Below are positions 24,404 to 39,500 of a DNA stretch of 64,000 nt, in pieces. The translations under genes and the position numbers were made by a program. The notes under the pieces were generated by a model that saw only the letters and a list, made by a program, of their open reading frames with translations, did not search any database and was not told where the DNA came from. Numbering within the stretch: the first letter of the stretch is position 1; each line of letters begins with the position of its first letter. Source of the stretch: Tubulanus polymorphus (lineage: Eukaryota > Animalia > Nemertea); NCBI RefSeq assembly GCF_964204645.1, contig NC_134026.1, positions 25,826,150 to 25,890,149 of the forward strand, read 5' to 3'.

Positions 24404-26037
24404 TAATTTGAGCTGTACTGTGTATTACCTTCAGCAGATTGAAATTATGCACTGAATTAGATCTGTGATCTGTTCATAGTGCAGATATTTACTCGACCTT
24501 TAATCTCATAATGTGCTAATATAATCTATGATCGGGTTGGACTGGACACAATAGCCACAATAAGAATCAGATTTTGATTGTTATTTGATTGGTGTGGTTG
24601 TACTATTTACATTTTTAATGAACATATACTGTATCCGAATAAATGCCTATAATTTTCTAAATACTGGAATTTAGTGTGATCTTGATTTTTGTCAATAGGA
24701 CTAATCATCTTGGTCATATAAATAGTGTCTTCCCTTGTTAATTTCATTACGATACTAAATATCATGATTTGCTGTGATATTTGAAATACAATGTAGTACA
24801 CGTCATTTCGACAGCTGTAGATGTGTCCGGTACTTAGTTTATTACTTATACATGTAGTGTGCTAAGAAAGGAGTCTACTAGTATCCAATCCTCTAGAGGA
24901 AAACTTTAACAGGCTCCCTACGCCTCCTTCAAAACAGAAAATGTTTTTAACGGTGCTTGAAACTCCATTGATTTGAACTAGGTGCCCAAAACTGCTTCAA
25001 TTTTGAGGAATAGGCAATTACATATATATATAAATGAATATTTTGTCTTGTTCATAGTTGTACAATTGACTATCCCTAAATCGATACAGTTAGGACCAGG
25101 CTGTTTTCTTTCCCCAATTAGGTGGCTTCTGAATTAGAAACCAAGTTAAGGTAGTTTATAGGATAAAAATAAGCTTACAAAACCACTGCATGACCGGTTT
25201 ACCAAAACTAACAGTACTGATTCAGGGGAAGTCTGCAGTAATTGGTATGAAAGTGATTCGCTACCTTGAAATTTTCTCCTTCAAAATTCCTTATATCTGA
25301 ACCCTGTAAAAGACAGTGACTTGACGAAGACACAAAAACAAAGCGAACAAAATACGATTTCGTCTACCGGTATATATAATAAGTTTATTTTAGAATTCGC
25401 TGCATGCCATTTATACTATACAAATTAAATTATATATAATAAATAGATCTTATACATAACTAATTGACACACAACAAACGGGTTTTAATTTTCAATACAT
25501 CACATATCCTGCACAAAATTCTTCTACCACTCGAAACCAAAAAACAAATTCCCTGCCTTTTCCGTTTATAACTGAAGTATTTCGTTGACTAAAATTCACA
25601 TTCATTAAAATACTAAAAAATATGAATTTGATAGCAAACAACCCTTTTTAGTATTGGTTCTACACCATTTGCACTTATTAATAGTTTTGATTTACAACAC
25701 TTAACATGTATGAACATATTTTATCTGTAGAACCATATTTCAGTTGATGATGGAAGGGACTGTTCAAATTGTATGTACAGTGTACGCATGCATAGGGCAG
25801 GATCATCAAAAATTGGAAATCAGGAAATATTTTCATGCGTATCATTCGAACTATATCTCGACTCTTTCCATTAAAAAGCAATTGATGATTAGCGTGAATT
25901 ATTATCATGAAGAATTTAATGGCTATTCTTGCTCGGGATGAACTATCTTAACTTTTTAATGAGCAAACTTTTGAAAAAGATATATTTTTCGATTTCTGAG
26001 ATCATTCATATGACGTGGTAGGGAGAGTGCTTAAGAT

Positions 26038-28859
26038 CTAATAACCCGTGAAGTCTAACAAGTGTATTCCTTTGTCCAGTGCTAAATATAAATATTCTGT
26101 AGTATAATCCAGTGCATATACTGGGCTGCGTATCTTCTTTGGATAATACATCTGGAAATAATTGAAATTTACATAACAGACATGTAAAACAAAACTCCGC
26201 TACCTCCAAGGACCAATACATTTTTTCGAGGTAAGCGAATTCTGATGCAGCCAGAGTGATGTGGATCACTAACACATTTTTTTTTCAGAATGAAATTTTA
26301 ATTTCCTAGATATCTATTAATCAGAAATTATCTAAATGTGTCATTCATATTGTGTTTAAATGCCAACATTTCATCTGCAAATGAACCTAGAAATATTTTT
26401 TCAAGGCACGTGATAAACCGAGGCAATTGACTCTGAGGCACTTGGAGTATTGTTTAGATTTTGTGATTTCTATTGAATATTCTAGACAGAAGCTCTTCAA
26501 AGGAAACTAACTCACCTTTACTGGTTTAGATGTCATGCGTTTGTCCCATAATCGGGACAACCCATGCCGTGCAGTACCACTGACAATTGAGTAAGGAGTG
26601 CGGGATTTTATACAGTACACACTTACATCATCTGGATCTTCCCACAACCTAACCCTGAAATAATTTATAAATAGGATTAAATAAACATAAAACCGTGGTT
26701 TTCTACGTTACGTTTCTAGAAAATGCCTTACGTCTGATTAGAATTAGATCGTAGATCCCACTGCTTGATACATGTATCATAACCGCACGTATACATAGTT
26801 ACCGGATCATCAAATATAACGTCTAAAATTCCAGCTCCATTCACCGGCTGATCTACGATTGTGCTCTCTAATAAACCACTGAAAATATATACTGGTACAT
26901 TCATCAATCTACGTAAAAGTTGACTTTAAATAACAAGTTATTTTTTAACTAATCCAAATAAAGCATTCATACTGTACAGTCAAACCCCGTGCATCCCATT
27001 TTAATGAAGTATCGATTACAACCAATAAATGTTCATGTGCCAGCCAAAAAATTTGTTATTCCCCTGGTGATCCTTTGGTTTCAATGGTAGAGGATAATGA
27101 AGCCGTATCGGATACAACTAAGTTTTTAGATGGTCCCTAGGATTTCTTTATAACAAGATTTAAATGCTGGATAAGCTATTTAAATTACCTTTCTAAATCC
27201 CAAATCCGTAGTGGAGAGATCCCATTCAAACCAGCGGTTCCACAGACAATTTTGCTAGAAATTCAAATAAAATATCTGCATTATGAAATTACCAGTGGTT
27301 TTAGATCAGTTTGTGCTGTGTACATACTTTCCGTTTGGATTGATTTTCAATGCCCATACACGATCACTAGTAATTATATTGTGGCGAACTGATACGCTTT
27401 CATCATTTTTAACCAGGACCTATGAAATGCAAAACATGACTAATAAATGGAGTCACATTCAAGCTTTCAATGGAATATCGGAAATACCTTGACGGTTTCA
27501 TTCCTAGTTCCAGCCACGGTAATATCCCTGCAACAATCTATTGCACTAACTTCACTATTTGATTCACAGATTATTTTCCATTCAAGAGAAGAAGTTGCCT
27601 TGTTCCAACCGATTATAGTACCTTTTCTGAAATGAAAATTTTCGTTGGCCCTTTATCTTTATCATAGTAGCATGAATATTGTAATTATCATTCTGGACCC
27701 AGTTCCACAGTTGTGAGTTAACATTTAACTCAGAGTTAACTCATTGAAAATTAACTGATTCTATCTCAAGAGTTGGCTCTAACTCACAACTGTGGAACTG
27801 GATCCTGGACTCAATGAGATATTCTATCAATTATTGGTACAAGAAATACTTACACATCAGCACTGACAAGATTATTGTCACATACACTGAAACAAGTGAT
27901 ATCTCCTGAGTGACCCCTGTATAAACACATATTAGTTCGTTGTAATCGACCATTTGATAAACGTTCACGACAGCTTAGCTCATTACGACTAGAAATATAT
28001 ATCAAATCATTTTCCAACTCCAGATGTGGCATCTGTCTGTAATAAAAGAATATTTCATATTAAATCAATTAGTTCAGACATAATGAACCTGAACGTTGAT
28101 GTTTAATACACATCTGAGCATTTTATTACCTCCTTGAAGTGACTAGGTAATACAGATTAATTAGAAACTATTACCTAATGTATTCAGTAATCAGCTTCTG
28201 TTCCTGGAATCTGCCTCTATTCCAATTGAAGCAAATTCTACATTTTTCTTTAATTGTCTTTTCGCACCTAGTAAGAATTGAATGAACTTTTTATCATATT
28301 ATTATTATTAGTTTATTATATCAAAAAAATATAAATTTTTTTAATGATATGACACAATAACACGATAATGTATGGCGGGTAAATAATTCAAGTATATAAA
28401 TGCATTGAATAGATAATAACTCAAGTATATAAATACATTGAATACATAATATATACCAATAAGAATTGAATGAACTTTTTATCATATTGCCACTTGATTA
28501 TAACAAGCAAATTCAAGAGAGTTCAATAATAAGGCATAGTTAAATGCAATGAAGCATTACCTGGTGGATGACGGTCTCTCAGGAATATGATCATGGATAT
28601 CAACATTTCCATCAACAACAACAACACTCAAATCATCGATGATTGTCTCATGACAAGGGTTCAGGGCATCAGCCACTGTCAAAGTTTGGTAGAGATTGCG
28701 CCATAACCGATCTTCGTTCGCTAATCGGTTAAAATGCTGACACACTTGGCAAAGATCAGCTAATGTCTTCAGATCACAATACGAGAATATATGCAGTAAA
28801 ACAAGTTCAGGAAGGGTCACCAAATTCAGGCGTCCAGCATATTCTTTTCCTAAAGTCAT
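26038..28859 (-). CDS. FBXW4: F-box/WD40 protein, FBXW4 (dactylin)-like, ~9 exons
   Basis: N-terminal F-box LVTLPELVLLHIFSYCDLKTLADLCQVCQHFNRL. Other motifs: MPHLELENDLIYIS, GHSGDITCF, CGYDT, WEDPDDVSVYC, SGTARHGLSRLWDKR, and terminal exon MYYPKKIRSPVYALD...LDFTGY* (26151-26038). Confidence 0.85.
26976..27170. mobile_element. Degenerate Tc1/mariner(pogo)-like MITE in an FBXW4 intron
   Basis: Begins TACAGTCAAACCCCG, typical of TA-targeting pogo-like ends. The right end is decayed. Confidence 0.35.
27693..27807. mobile_element. ~115-bp MITE with ~28-bp TIRs in an FBXW4 intron
   Basis: CTGGACCCAGTTCCACAGTTGTGAGTTA ... TAACTCACAACTGTGGAACTGGATCCTG. Related fragments lie at ~20563-20625. Confidence 0.75.
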
Positions 28860-29820
28860 TTTTGGACGGCTTTAAAGCCCAGGACAGGCGATCTGGACGC
28901 TTTACTACTATCTTGTTTATTCGACTGCTGTGATTAACCATTGTAGATGTTGCTCAGTAAGAAAAATATGTCGAAATTTGGGAAATTTATGATGCAAATC
29001 CACAGGATTCCATTTTGACTAAATCGTTCAGTAACAGATGTAATGGTTTTGGGTAAAGACTAGATACCATACGGCGTCTTCAACAAATCCAAAATACATG
29101 TATTGCCACGATACCATGCCAAAATTTTCGTCCGCGCTTGTCGAAATTTCAAATGGATAAGTTTCTAGAAAACAAGTTCGAAAACAAGTTTCTTCATACA
29201 TGAAAAGTACCTGTTTTTGACGCCAAGAAAATTGTAACAAAATGCCCGTAAAATTCTACCGGGTTGCTGGGTATTCGAAAAAAAAGATTTTAAGATTTGT
29301 TACTTATGCTTCGACAGAGAGATAAATAGTGGTACCGGTAATGAACTGAACTTTTAGTTAAAACTATGGAGGATTCGGTAATTTATCCGCACCGAAAATA
29401 ATCCAAGACATCAAGATAAGGGTCCACTGGCTCGCATTGCCCGATTGGACCGAAAAATTCTCTATGCCTCCCTATGACATTTCCCTCCCCTCCTAAATAT
29501 TAGCTAAAATTTCACGGTACCAGTTTGAACGTTTATGCCATGATCAATATTTTGCAAGCAAAAAGTGTCAGTGTCAAAAGTCAGTGTGGACCCGGTACAT
29601 CTCCCCGGTCGATATCGTACCAACCACCAACTGTCACGTGTATGTGGGGGGGGGGGGAGGGAGGGTAATCAGTAATAAGATGACAATAACATTGTCCGTA
29701 TCTACAATCGCGGTGAAACGTGCATGTTTATCGGATGTTGCTTATCAGTGTACATGGAACATGACTTTAGGGACAACATATAGATACTACCCACTATCGT
29801 TAATAGTTCCACAGGACAAA

Positions 29821-31161
29821 ATGTTGCTAGTTGTTAGTTCGGCATTTTTCTTACTCGCCTTTTCGGCATACGCGAGGCAATTCAATAGTGCTTACCCGCC
29901 ATCCGGAAATGGATCGTCATCGTTTTGGCCACGATTTAATTCATCAGATGGACATTTTAGAAGAAATGGTGTTCATAATTTCTCTACAACGGCTTACCCA
30001 ACGATTAATTCAACTTCTATGATGAATTTCACCACAACGGCTTATCCATCGGTCAATTCAACATCTACCACGAATTTTACTACGACGGCTTATCCATCGG
30101 TCAATTCAACATCTACCACGAATTTTACTGCGGTGGCTTATCCATCGGTCAATTCAACATCTACCACGAATTTTACTACGACGGCTTATCCATCGGTCAA
30201 TTCAACATCTACCACGAATTTTACTACGACGGCTTATCCATCGGTCAATTCAACATCTACCACGAATTTTACTACGACGGCTTATCCATCGGTCAATTCA
30301 ACATCTACCACGAATTTTACTACGACGGCTTATCCATCGGTCAATTCAACATCTACCACGAATTTTACTACGACGGCTTATCCATCGGTCAATTCAACAT
30401 CTACCACGAATTTTACTACGACGGCTTATCCATCGGTCAATTCAACATCTACCGCGAATTTTACTACGACGGCTTATCCATCGGTCAATTCAACATCTAC
30501 CACGAATTTTACTACAACGGCTTATCCATCGGCCAATTCAACATATACGATGAATTTCTCTACAACGGCTTATCCATCGGCCAATTCAACATCTACGATG
30601 AATTTCTCTACAACGGCTAACCCACTTGTTTCCAATTCATCATGTCCCGACTGGTTTGAAAAGCCGTTTGGGGTTTCGGGCGTTTGCTATTTCGTCAGCA
30701 ATGACAGTAGAAGATTTGCCGATGCTCAGAAACAATGTCGAAATTACACATCAGGAGGACGTCTAGCTGAACCACGAACCACAAATGAAAGAAAAGCATT
30801 GATGAGACATATAAGATTCAATCATTTTCATAATGGCGGTATGTGTGATTACTAAAGTCGAATTAAGAATGTGATTTGTCATCATATTCAATGTTATATT
30901 CAAACATATTCTTAACATCGAGAAAATATTTTGTATCTACTTTCAGATTCGCTATTCATAGGTGCTATCAATCCTCGAGGTAGATTAGCAATATGGTCTA
31001 GCGACAGAAGTAAATTAGCGTACAAAGCACCGTGGAAATCTGGACAGCCGGACAATTCATATGAAACGTGTATTGCATTATCTAGCCATCATTCGAGACG
31101 AAGGTGGGAAGACCTCAGATGCACCGAAGCTCGCCATTACATTTGTGAAAAACGATATTGA
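29821..31161 (+). CDS. Secreted mucin-like repeat / C-type lectin protein (~410 aa). Exons 29821-30838 and 30947-31161
   Basis: Signal peptide MLLVVSSAFFLLAFSAYA, then 14 x 16-aa NFTTTAYPSVNSTSTT repeats (48-bp period, 29977 to ~30640). CTLD motifs: CPDWF...CYFVS...AQKQC...GRLA, FIGA, WKSGQPDN, WEDLRC...YICEK. Phase-1 GT-AG intron. Confidence 0.9.
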
Positions 31162-31409
31162 TTCAAACGATAAGTCGCAGAACATGAAATTTCTTCAAAC
31201 TGTTATCAGTCCATTTGGTTGATAATAAAATGAGATTTTTAGAGACTCTTCAATTGTGGTTGTTTATTAATGAAAATCATTTTTAGTTAGGATCGGATGA
31301 CCATATTTCAAATGAATTTCATGCGTTATGATAATATCAGCTGGCAATGTTTCGTTTCCTGCAAATGTGATACCTTTGAAATAAAACAATCTTTCTTTGC
31401 AAAGGAACA

Positions 31410-31693
<284 letters not shown>

Positions 31694-31730
31694 GCTATCA
31701 ATCCTCGAGGTAGATATATGATAGCTACGG

Positions 31731-33215
31731 CTAAAATTTCGTCATGAACAATGTCCTATCATTTTCTGTAAGCTGTTTAGCAGACGGCCCATCATCTGCA
31801 ATTCTTTGTAGTTCTTGAGTTACGTCATTCATTGCTGAGACAGGTGTATCAATACATGTAATTTCCACGGATCGATTGTCCCAGTCATTATAGTTTGAAA
31901 TCAGAGAACTACAACTTCTTGACGTTTGTATTGTGGCAGGGCCGTTTCTACTGCTAATAAGCGTGTCCTGGGTTACCAGACTGGTCGAACGAAGTCTGTG
32001 TTTCCGTGAACGTAGGGAACAACACTGAGTACACAGTTGGAATTCAGTGGGCGCCTTTCCTGCAATCTCTCTAGTTCCCGATGAAAGAGATGCATTGGAA
32101 AACCTTTCGTCGTGGTTGGCTCTTATGGATTGTTGACTACGACGTTCGATTGAAGAACGGTTATCGCATAAGCTTGAGATAATTCTGGGAAATTTAGTTA
32201 CGTTAACTGAACTTAGACAACAACAGCACAAAAGCCTTTTGAATTTTCGTCGATAGAAATCGAGCGATAGTGTGTAAACGATAAAGTTCAGACTATAATT
32301 TAGCATCTTAAACGAAGAGAACAATTTTGCCAACTTGAAAATGAACATGACATAATCTTCATCGGGTATTGTTGACTGTCCTGGTCGAGACATGATAAAG
32401 TACATCATCCATACGACGACATATGGTATCTCTAATACCACAAATAAAGATGAAACTATGAGCAAATTTACAATACACTTGTTTTCCATCGCTCGTCTTT
32501 GTTCGTTACAGGTTGCTGATCTGATTTTGACAGCTTTCTTAGATTTTATCACACCGATAGTTATTGCCAGATTCACTAAGCACAGTAGCACACAAGGCAG
32601 GAAGGTTGCCACGAAGAAGTCTATAAATGTGTACAAATATCCGTATTTCCATTTTGTTTTATCGTAGAAACACGTCGCAGTTACGTTGCGGTGCACTTGA
32701 TGAATTTCGTATAAATGTAAATAAGGTAGTTTCATCAACATCGTAGAAACAACGAGGAAAATGATAATTCTGCGGCGTCGACCACACGAAATGAGTCTGG
32801 TCGATTTTAGCGGGAACCAAACGGCCACCAGTCGTTCAGCGGCGAATGTCACGATTATCCACGAACTGAGATGAAACGAAATGAACGATAGATACCGGCA
32901 AATTTTACACAACGCACCATTCTTGGCTAATATCTCAAAACTCCATTTGCCGCTGGATGCATCTTTCGCCCCTGATCGGAACCATTCAGTCAAGCCGTAC
33001 AACGCTAAATTCATGGTATCAGAAACAGCGAGAGCTGACAAATATTGCACCGAAGCGCTGTCCTTTGATTTTCGAGTTTGTAGAAATATAAGAATGCTCA
33101 TCCCATTGCCGAATATTCCGATGCATATCAACGGAATTGTAACGTATGCCCGAATAAATATGAACGTTTCTTCTATTGCCTTTTCCCACGGACGCTTGGT
33201 CCATCCTGAAGCCAT
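31731..33215 (-). CDS. Rhodopsin-like (class A) GPCR, FMRFamide/neuropeptide-receptor-like, single coding exon
   Basis: 494-aa ORF with 7 hydrophobic segments. TM1 GIFGN, TM2 LAVSD, TM3 C...[13 protein letters not shown]6 EIPY, TM7 [13 protein letters not shown] after helix 8, and a long Ser/Thr-rich tail. Confidence 0.9.
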   Translation of the reverse strand: MASGWTKRPWEKAIEETFIFIRAYVTIPLICIGIFGNGMSILIFLQTRKSKDSASVQYLSALAVSDTMNLALYGLTEWFRSGAKDASSGKWSFEILAKNGALCKICRYLSFISFHLSSWIIVTFAAERLVAVWFPLKSTRLISCGRRRRIIIFLVVSTMLMKLPYLHLYEIHQVHRNVTATCFYDKTKWKYGYLYTFIDFFVATFLPCVLLCLVNLAITIGVIKSKKAVKIRSATCNEQRRAMENKCIVNLLIVSSLFVVLEIPYVVVWMMYFIMSRPGQSTIPDEDYVMFIFKLAKLFSSFKMLNYSLNFIVYTLSLDFYRRKFKRLLCCCCLSSVNVTKFPRIISSLCDNRSSIERRSQQSIRANHDERFSNASLSSGTREIAGKAPTEFQLCTQCCSLRSRKHRLRSTSLVTQDTLISSRNGPATIQTSRSCSSLISNYNDWDNRSVEITCIDTPVSAMNDVTQELQRIADDGPSAKQLTENDRTLFMTKF

Positions 33216-36215
33216 TCGTCAAACTCAATGAACTTGAATATTTGTCTGCTCCTTTATCTATTCCTGCGGAAGACACAATAGAATGAATATATAATATTAG
33301 ACGAATGGGGAGCAAACTGAATCTTACACGAACACTGAAAAAACAGTTAATAAATCCGTTGTAATTATCAATCTCAATAGTGCGCAGAACCCAAAATACG
33401 ACAAACCGGATATAGCCTACATATTGAAAAAATGGGACATTCATTTTCGAGTTTCTTCACTCATGGAGTTTTCAAAGATTGTTAGATATGAAGATTTATA
33501 TCTAATACATGAATGTACGCGTTAAAGCTTCGATTAGAATTCTAACGTTATTACCCGCGTGTAAATATTGTCAGAACCATAAATTCTTCATAAACTGTCT
33601 TTTATTTATCAATAGGTTATTTTTTGCTGCGTTTTATGGTCTATATGACTTAATCAAAGCTCCTTTTAAACACAGTTATAAGTGTAATCACGATTACTCA
33701 TAAAGATAAGGCACTCATTTATCAGACTTACATGGGAAATGATTGTGGGTGTAGTAATATAAAACAGTTGAAACGTCGCGGTGAATGGCTATTTTGGACA
33801 TGTTTAGCTACGGGAATTTATTTTTTGTTGAAGGCCCGATGAGCTTCTATAACTGCCTTAACCCATCTTCATCCATCAAGGGATTCGAACTCACTAAGCT
33901 AAAGCCATTCCCCGAACTGGTGGAGGAAGCGAGTTCGGGGAGCGATACCGGACCCCTGGCAAGCGAGGATGGCCTAAACCCAGATTCAGAGGTTCACTTC
34001 TTATATACTCTACATCAATGTAACATGCGGTAAAAATGGAATAGATTGCGACAACTTAATTGCGCACATTAAAAGTGTATTATATTTGCTCAACCATCTA
34101 CGCTGACTGAAAGATATTCCCCTTTTAAAAGCAAATCTCAAATATCCCCCCGTCAGAGACCCTTCTTTTTATATTGCCGGTACATGATTTGCGCATTGAT
34201 CGCAGTCTGGGTAATGTAAACACACGGTACATCAAGATTAACTGCTTATCACGATCGCCGGACTCAATCATTTTCTTCCGTGGTCTTGCTTCAATATGAT
34301 GCTGAGATATCAACGCAAACTACCAATCTGTGTTTCACACCCATTAACAGTGACACTGATTGTTACCAATTGACGTTTGCTTTTCTAACAATTATCTTGA
34401 TTTCCAAGAATTTTGTGATACCTATAGTTCTTACGGCAAGCAAAGTTACTTATCAGGGATTAACATATACATACGTATGTAACAACATTCTATGCTTACC
34501 TTATCGCAATCATCATTTTTCAATTTTGAGGCATGTTCAAATAGTCCCATGTTTATCTCGTTTCGTCATTTCCACATTTTTTTGCGTTGTGAATAAATCC
34601 ACGTTTCTGTCTCTTGGACCAATTACAAATTTTGCTTTGCAACGACGTTGAAAAATGTCCATGGGAAATTGACTGCTGTTCCCAATATATAAGGCTAGAT
34701 TAGATTAAGTAGCTACTGTATCTAATCGGTCTGTGGATGGTAGTTGAGAATGTCGATCATTTTCACAATCTTAAAAGTTTGTGTTTGATCAGCACGATTT
34801 TTTCTAATCTCTTTATACTAACAAACGATATTTGTGGAATTGCGTTGCACCTCATCTCGGTTGAGTTGACCATCACTTTTAGAATCACAGCCTCGGATCA
34901 GTATATCGGCGATAACTCGTAATGATATTTCATATATATTCCGCATAAACCGTATATGAATTTATCAGTTCACTGGGTTAAGTTATATTTCTAAAATCGT
35001 GCTCTGCAGGAATCATTAGGATTGCGAAATAATTGAAAAAATTCCACTTTAACTTGGATGTATCAGTGAATCGATCCTCGGATTTTCCTGAAGCCTCCGA
35101 AAGTGTGCTCATAAATTATGAATTATTAGCCGCAAGTTTCTTGAATATTCTCGCATTAAATACATTCTTGTCGTCATTGAATATTCAGCGGTAATCGTTC
35201 TACACGACCGAGGAAGTAATAACTGACATCGATGTATACCCTTCATCACAACTGGCTACAAGTAATAACCATCCGTGACGTCAGTGGACAACTTTGTGCA
35301 GGAAAACAACCATTAGCTTATTGCGCCGCAACCAGTCTACGGTACGACATTGATATCGTATATACGTATGTTATAAATGTCTACAGTGTCCATAGAATAA
35401 ACAACCAATTAGTTGATATTTCAATTAGTAGTTATTTGTTAAGATAATTTGATTTCAAAGAGAAAATTACAAATCAGATGGATTTTGTGTCTTTCCCTGT
35501 AGTACAGTGATGGTTTCTGACAAGATAATCGCATTCGTTCGCCGTCTTCTAAGGATGAAATTAATCCATCTGTTGGATGGAAGCTGGTATGCCACAGTAG
35601 CGTCATGTTACCTACGTGTTCACAGAGGTAAACGTAGACAAATGAGTGATAAAGTAATTAATCAGTTGACAATGTACGTGATATTTCATCTCCTCGCTGC
35701 GGGTATAGAAACAAATCGAGCCTTGTTTGATTCTGTTTCCCCACACTTTTACAATTCTAGATTATTGTTTGCATTCGTTGGGAATTTCCAAGTTTACTCA
35801 GGAAATGTCGACCAGGAAATGTCGACCAGAACATTAAACATTGCTTTCAAGTTCTTTATTGAATAAGCAGAAATAACGTGGTCAATGTCGCTTATTAGAG
35901 AAACTTTCGGCCATCTATTTGTCTCCTGAAAATGACCCTATTATTGATTCTGTAAAGTTCGACTTATGACTATTCATTTTGATCCATTTTCTAGTGATGA
36001 CGGTTACCGATGTGGTTTGTGTTCCAAGGTTAATTTGTTGACCATCGCCGAATTCAGTTCTACTTTTAGAATTTCAATTGAAATTCAAAATAAGACGAAT
36101 AAGAGAAAGAAATGACACCATTATTTTGTAGCATTATTTTCGTTGGAATAATTTAATCTGAAATGAATGATTTTGGTAAGCTCTGTCGATAATCCAGAAT
36201 CAAAGAGATACAATA

Positions 36216-36473
<258 letters not shown>

Positions 36474-36503
36474 GAATCATATGGTATATGATGTTATGCT
36501 AAA

Positions 36504-39500
36504 TCACGGGTTGCTTCTGTTACATGTGTCACACGACCTGGCGCAATTAACGTGCATCCATTCCCTGTCTTTGTTACATCTACCTGCCAGTGCCCACCTT
36601 TCGCATCTTTCGTTGTTAGCTTTATTAGGACACTGACCCAATACGCGAGCTGGAAAAAAATGTATGAAACAAAGTATATAGTATGTTCGGAGATATGATA
36701 ACGTCAGGTAATTCTTCAGGAATTTATCGCAATGGCCCGAATCAGTCACACAGAATAACAACCCTTACTGTCACACATGTTACAGGAACCGGCACAGTCC
36801 AGCCTCATAGCCTCAGGATTTGCTTTGCAGCTACCGTATCTCGCCCACTCGTCACATTGATCATCGGCCAAATTGTTCGGACAAAAACCTAAAGATATTG
36901 CGTGGCTCTTATTGGTGATAATCACACGATCTATGATGTATGAATTTTCAATTACGTAAATAGAGGGTAGTTTAGTTTGCTTACCTCGCGGAGGTAGTGT
37001 TGGCTTGGCGTAGTGCTTAGCAGATGGATCCTTCAATGCTGAATGAAAAATAATAGAGGTTACTTATGTATGGGGATTAAGAAAGGTTTTGTGTATATCA
37101 GAGGATCATGAGGATATCAGAGGATCACCTTTTGTATATCCATAGGAGTTCTATGGTATATCAGAGGATCATGGACGTATAAACTAGTTTATACGTCCAT
37201 GCATAAATTGAATAGCACACGTAGGGGACACGTAGCATGTAAGGGAAAATCAGAGATCGAATAGGTCAGATAGTTTTCCAGGAAAATTTTCTGTTTGAAA
37301 TCTCCTACTCTCTTTATTTGTGTTCCAATAACATTTCGATAAGCACGACTGTCATAATCAATGCTTTTGATTTAACTCTATTAATAATTCTGGCCTCGTT
37401 GTATTTTCAAATAAACTGGGTATATGTGTCAGAAAAAATAGCTATGTGTCTTACCCAGTTTCATGTGGTGCTTAACACTTGTCTTAAATCCGTTAGAGTT
37501 TACCATACCAGGATCATCAGGAATCAGACTGCCTGCAAAATCGAAAGAAAACGATATCATATTTCAATTTCATTGTGCCGTCATCTCGAATCTGATTCAA
37601 ATTACGTACCACAAAAACCGCACGTTTTTCTGCATTTGCTCAAAGTCGTCAATATAGCAGCAGTGTTTGCGTCGTATTCACAGTATCCCAATTTTACAAA
37701 AGCGGCGCACTCTGGTCTGATATCAACACATTTTTCTAAGGGAAAATATCGTATTCAATACTTTATACGATATGCTAAGCGGCGATTAGATCATTGAAAT
37801 TGGTGTTTAGAATTTTCGTTTTTTAATGATTTTATTCACTTAGATATATTCGCTTAATTGATAAACCACAAATCAATTCACTTGATATTCAATACTACCT
37901 TCGCACAAAGCACCTTCCCATTCATCTGGACACTTGCATTTGCAGTTTTCCTCATCTAAAACGCCTCCGTTCTTGCACTCTTTAATAGTGCATTCTTTAT
38001 GGGAAAAAAGTTTGAAAGATATTCATCATGAGATATAAATTTGATTTGAATGTTTATTCCTGACAACTAACGGCAACTTACCACATTTAGATTCACTGTT
38101 GTCACATGCTCTTTTGGAAGCTGAATAAAGGGAAAAGCAATTCATTGAATTTCATTCGAAATCTTTTTTGAAAGATATGAGCCATATGATCTACTCTTAC
38201 GAATGCTTACCGCATAGAGCACCATCCATACAAAAGGCGTAGTTAGCCGGGCATTTGGAACAAGGCTTTCCTTTCAAATATGGTTGTGGATCTTTGCCCG
38301 TCCAAGGAGAATTTGCACTAGATAATGGTTATCATCAAAATTCAAATACATTGCACAGCGAATGGTTTTCCGTGTGAATTTCGAACAATTCACTTACCCG
38401 GTAGCATAATTGCAGTAAAGTTTGGTATACTTGTACTGGCCTTTGCAGTCATTGTAACCGCAGCCGACTAAATGGGATTCAGCCCATGCAACCTGGGTAT
38501 AGTGACCGCATGGCAAACGGGAACAATGATTCGAATAGTAGTGATAATGCTTAACTTCTCCGTACCAGCTGAACAGCACACCTCTGCAAGCAGAAAACGG
38601 TATTCGCTAAGGGTGAACCACTAGCATTAAACAACAAAATCTCAATATGACAATACAATTGTGATGGCAATACAATTTTCACTCGAGAGAAAAAAATACT
38701 ACAAAAATGAGTATTTGGCTAGGTTTGGATTCTTTCTTGAATTTCACACATTTCTTTGAATATCTTGATCGCGAATTATCGGAAGTGACATATATTACTG
38801 ATATATACGTAGTACTAACGGGCGTTTTTCTAGCCTTCTCACAAATCGCCCAGTCAGCGTGGTCGAATTAGGAAGCCTATTGCCTCTGAGACCTCCGGTC
38901 GGCGATCGAGCGTTGCACGCATCTCACAAACATCACAGGTTTAAGTCTTTCTTTCAATCAGTTTTTGATTCAAATATGATTGAAGTATATTGTACCGAAT
39001 AATATGGTCGATAACTGTAGTATCTTTTATTTATTCACACCAGGCTCTTGGTTAACTTTATTTATCAGCTGTTTGCTCATTAGACGCAACACCCGCATGA
39101 CGTCACGATTTAACAGTAAAATAGTGAAAAAGAAACATTCACCATTTGAAAAGGACTGGGCAGAAAAAGGAAACGGTATTAGCTTACCTGTCAATCGTGT
39201 TGCCACCGAAGTAATTTTGTCCGACAGTTGGGTAGTTACCAAATCGACGATCTTCTGGTTCATTGTGCATATGTGAGGAACAGCTATCTGCCCAATCCTG
39301 GGCTTGTTCCATCAGGCGATCATCCCACTCCTATACGCAAAAATTCATAACATTATCTATGACTTATCCAAAATCGGATTATCGGGATTATTCGACATCG
39401 TTGTTTCACTAGTTAGAAAGGTAAAATCTTTCCTGTCATGAATTACTAGATGCACAACCAGAACCTTCATACATTACGTAGACAACAACATCATTATTGA

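Noticed and set aside
29584-29820. N-terminal extension of the lectin ORF
   Set aside because: GTG start and non-protein-like sequence. The ATG at 29821 (caaaATG) directly precedes a signal peptide.
38815-38945. GC-rich intronic patch as an extra exon or snoRNA
   Set aside because: The flanking CAP exons already join in frame, and there are no convincing C/D or H/ACA boxes.
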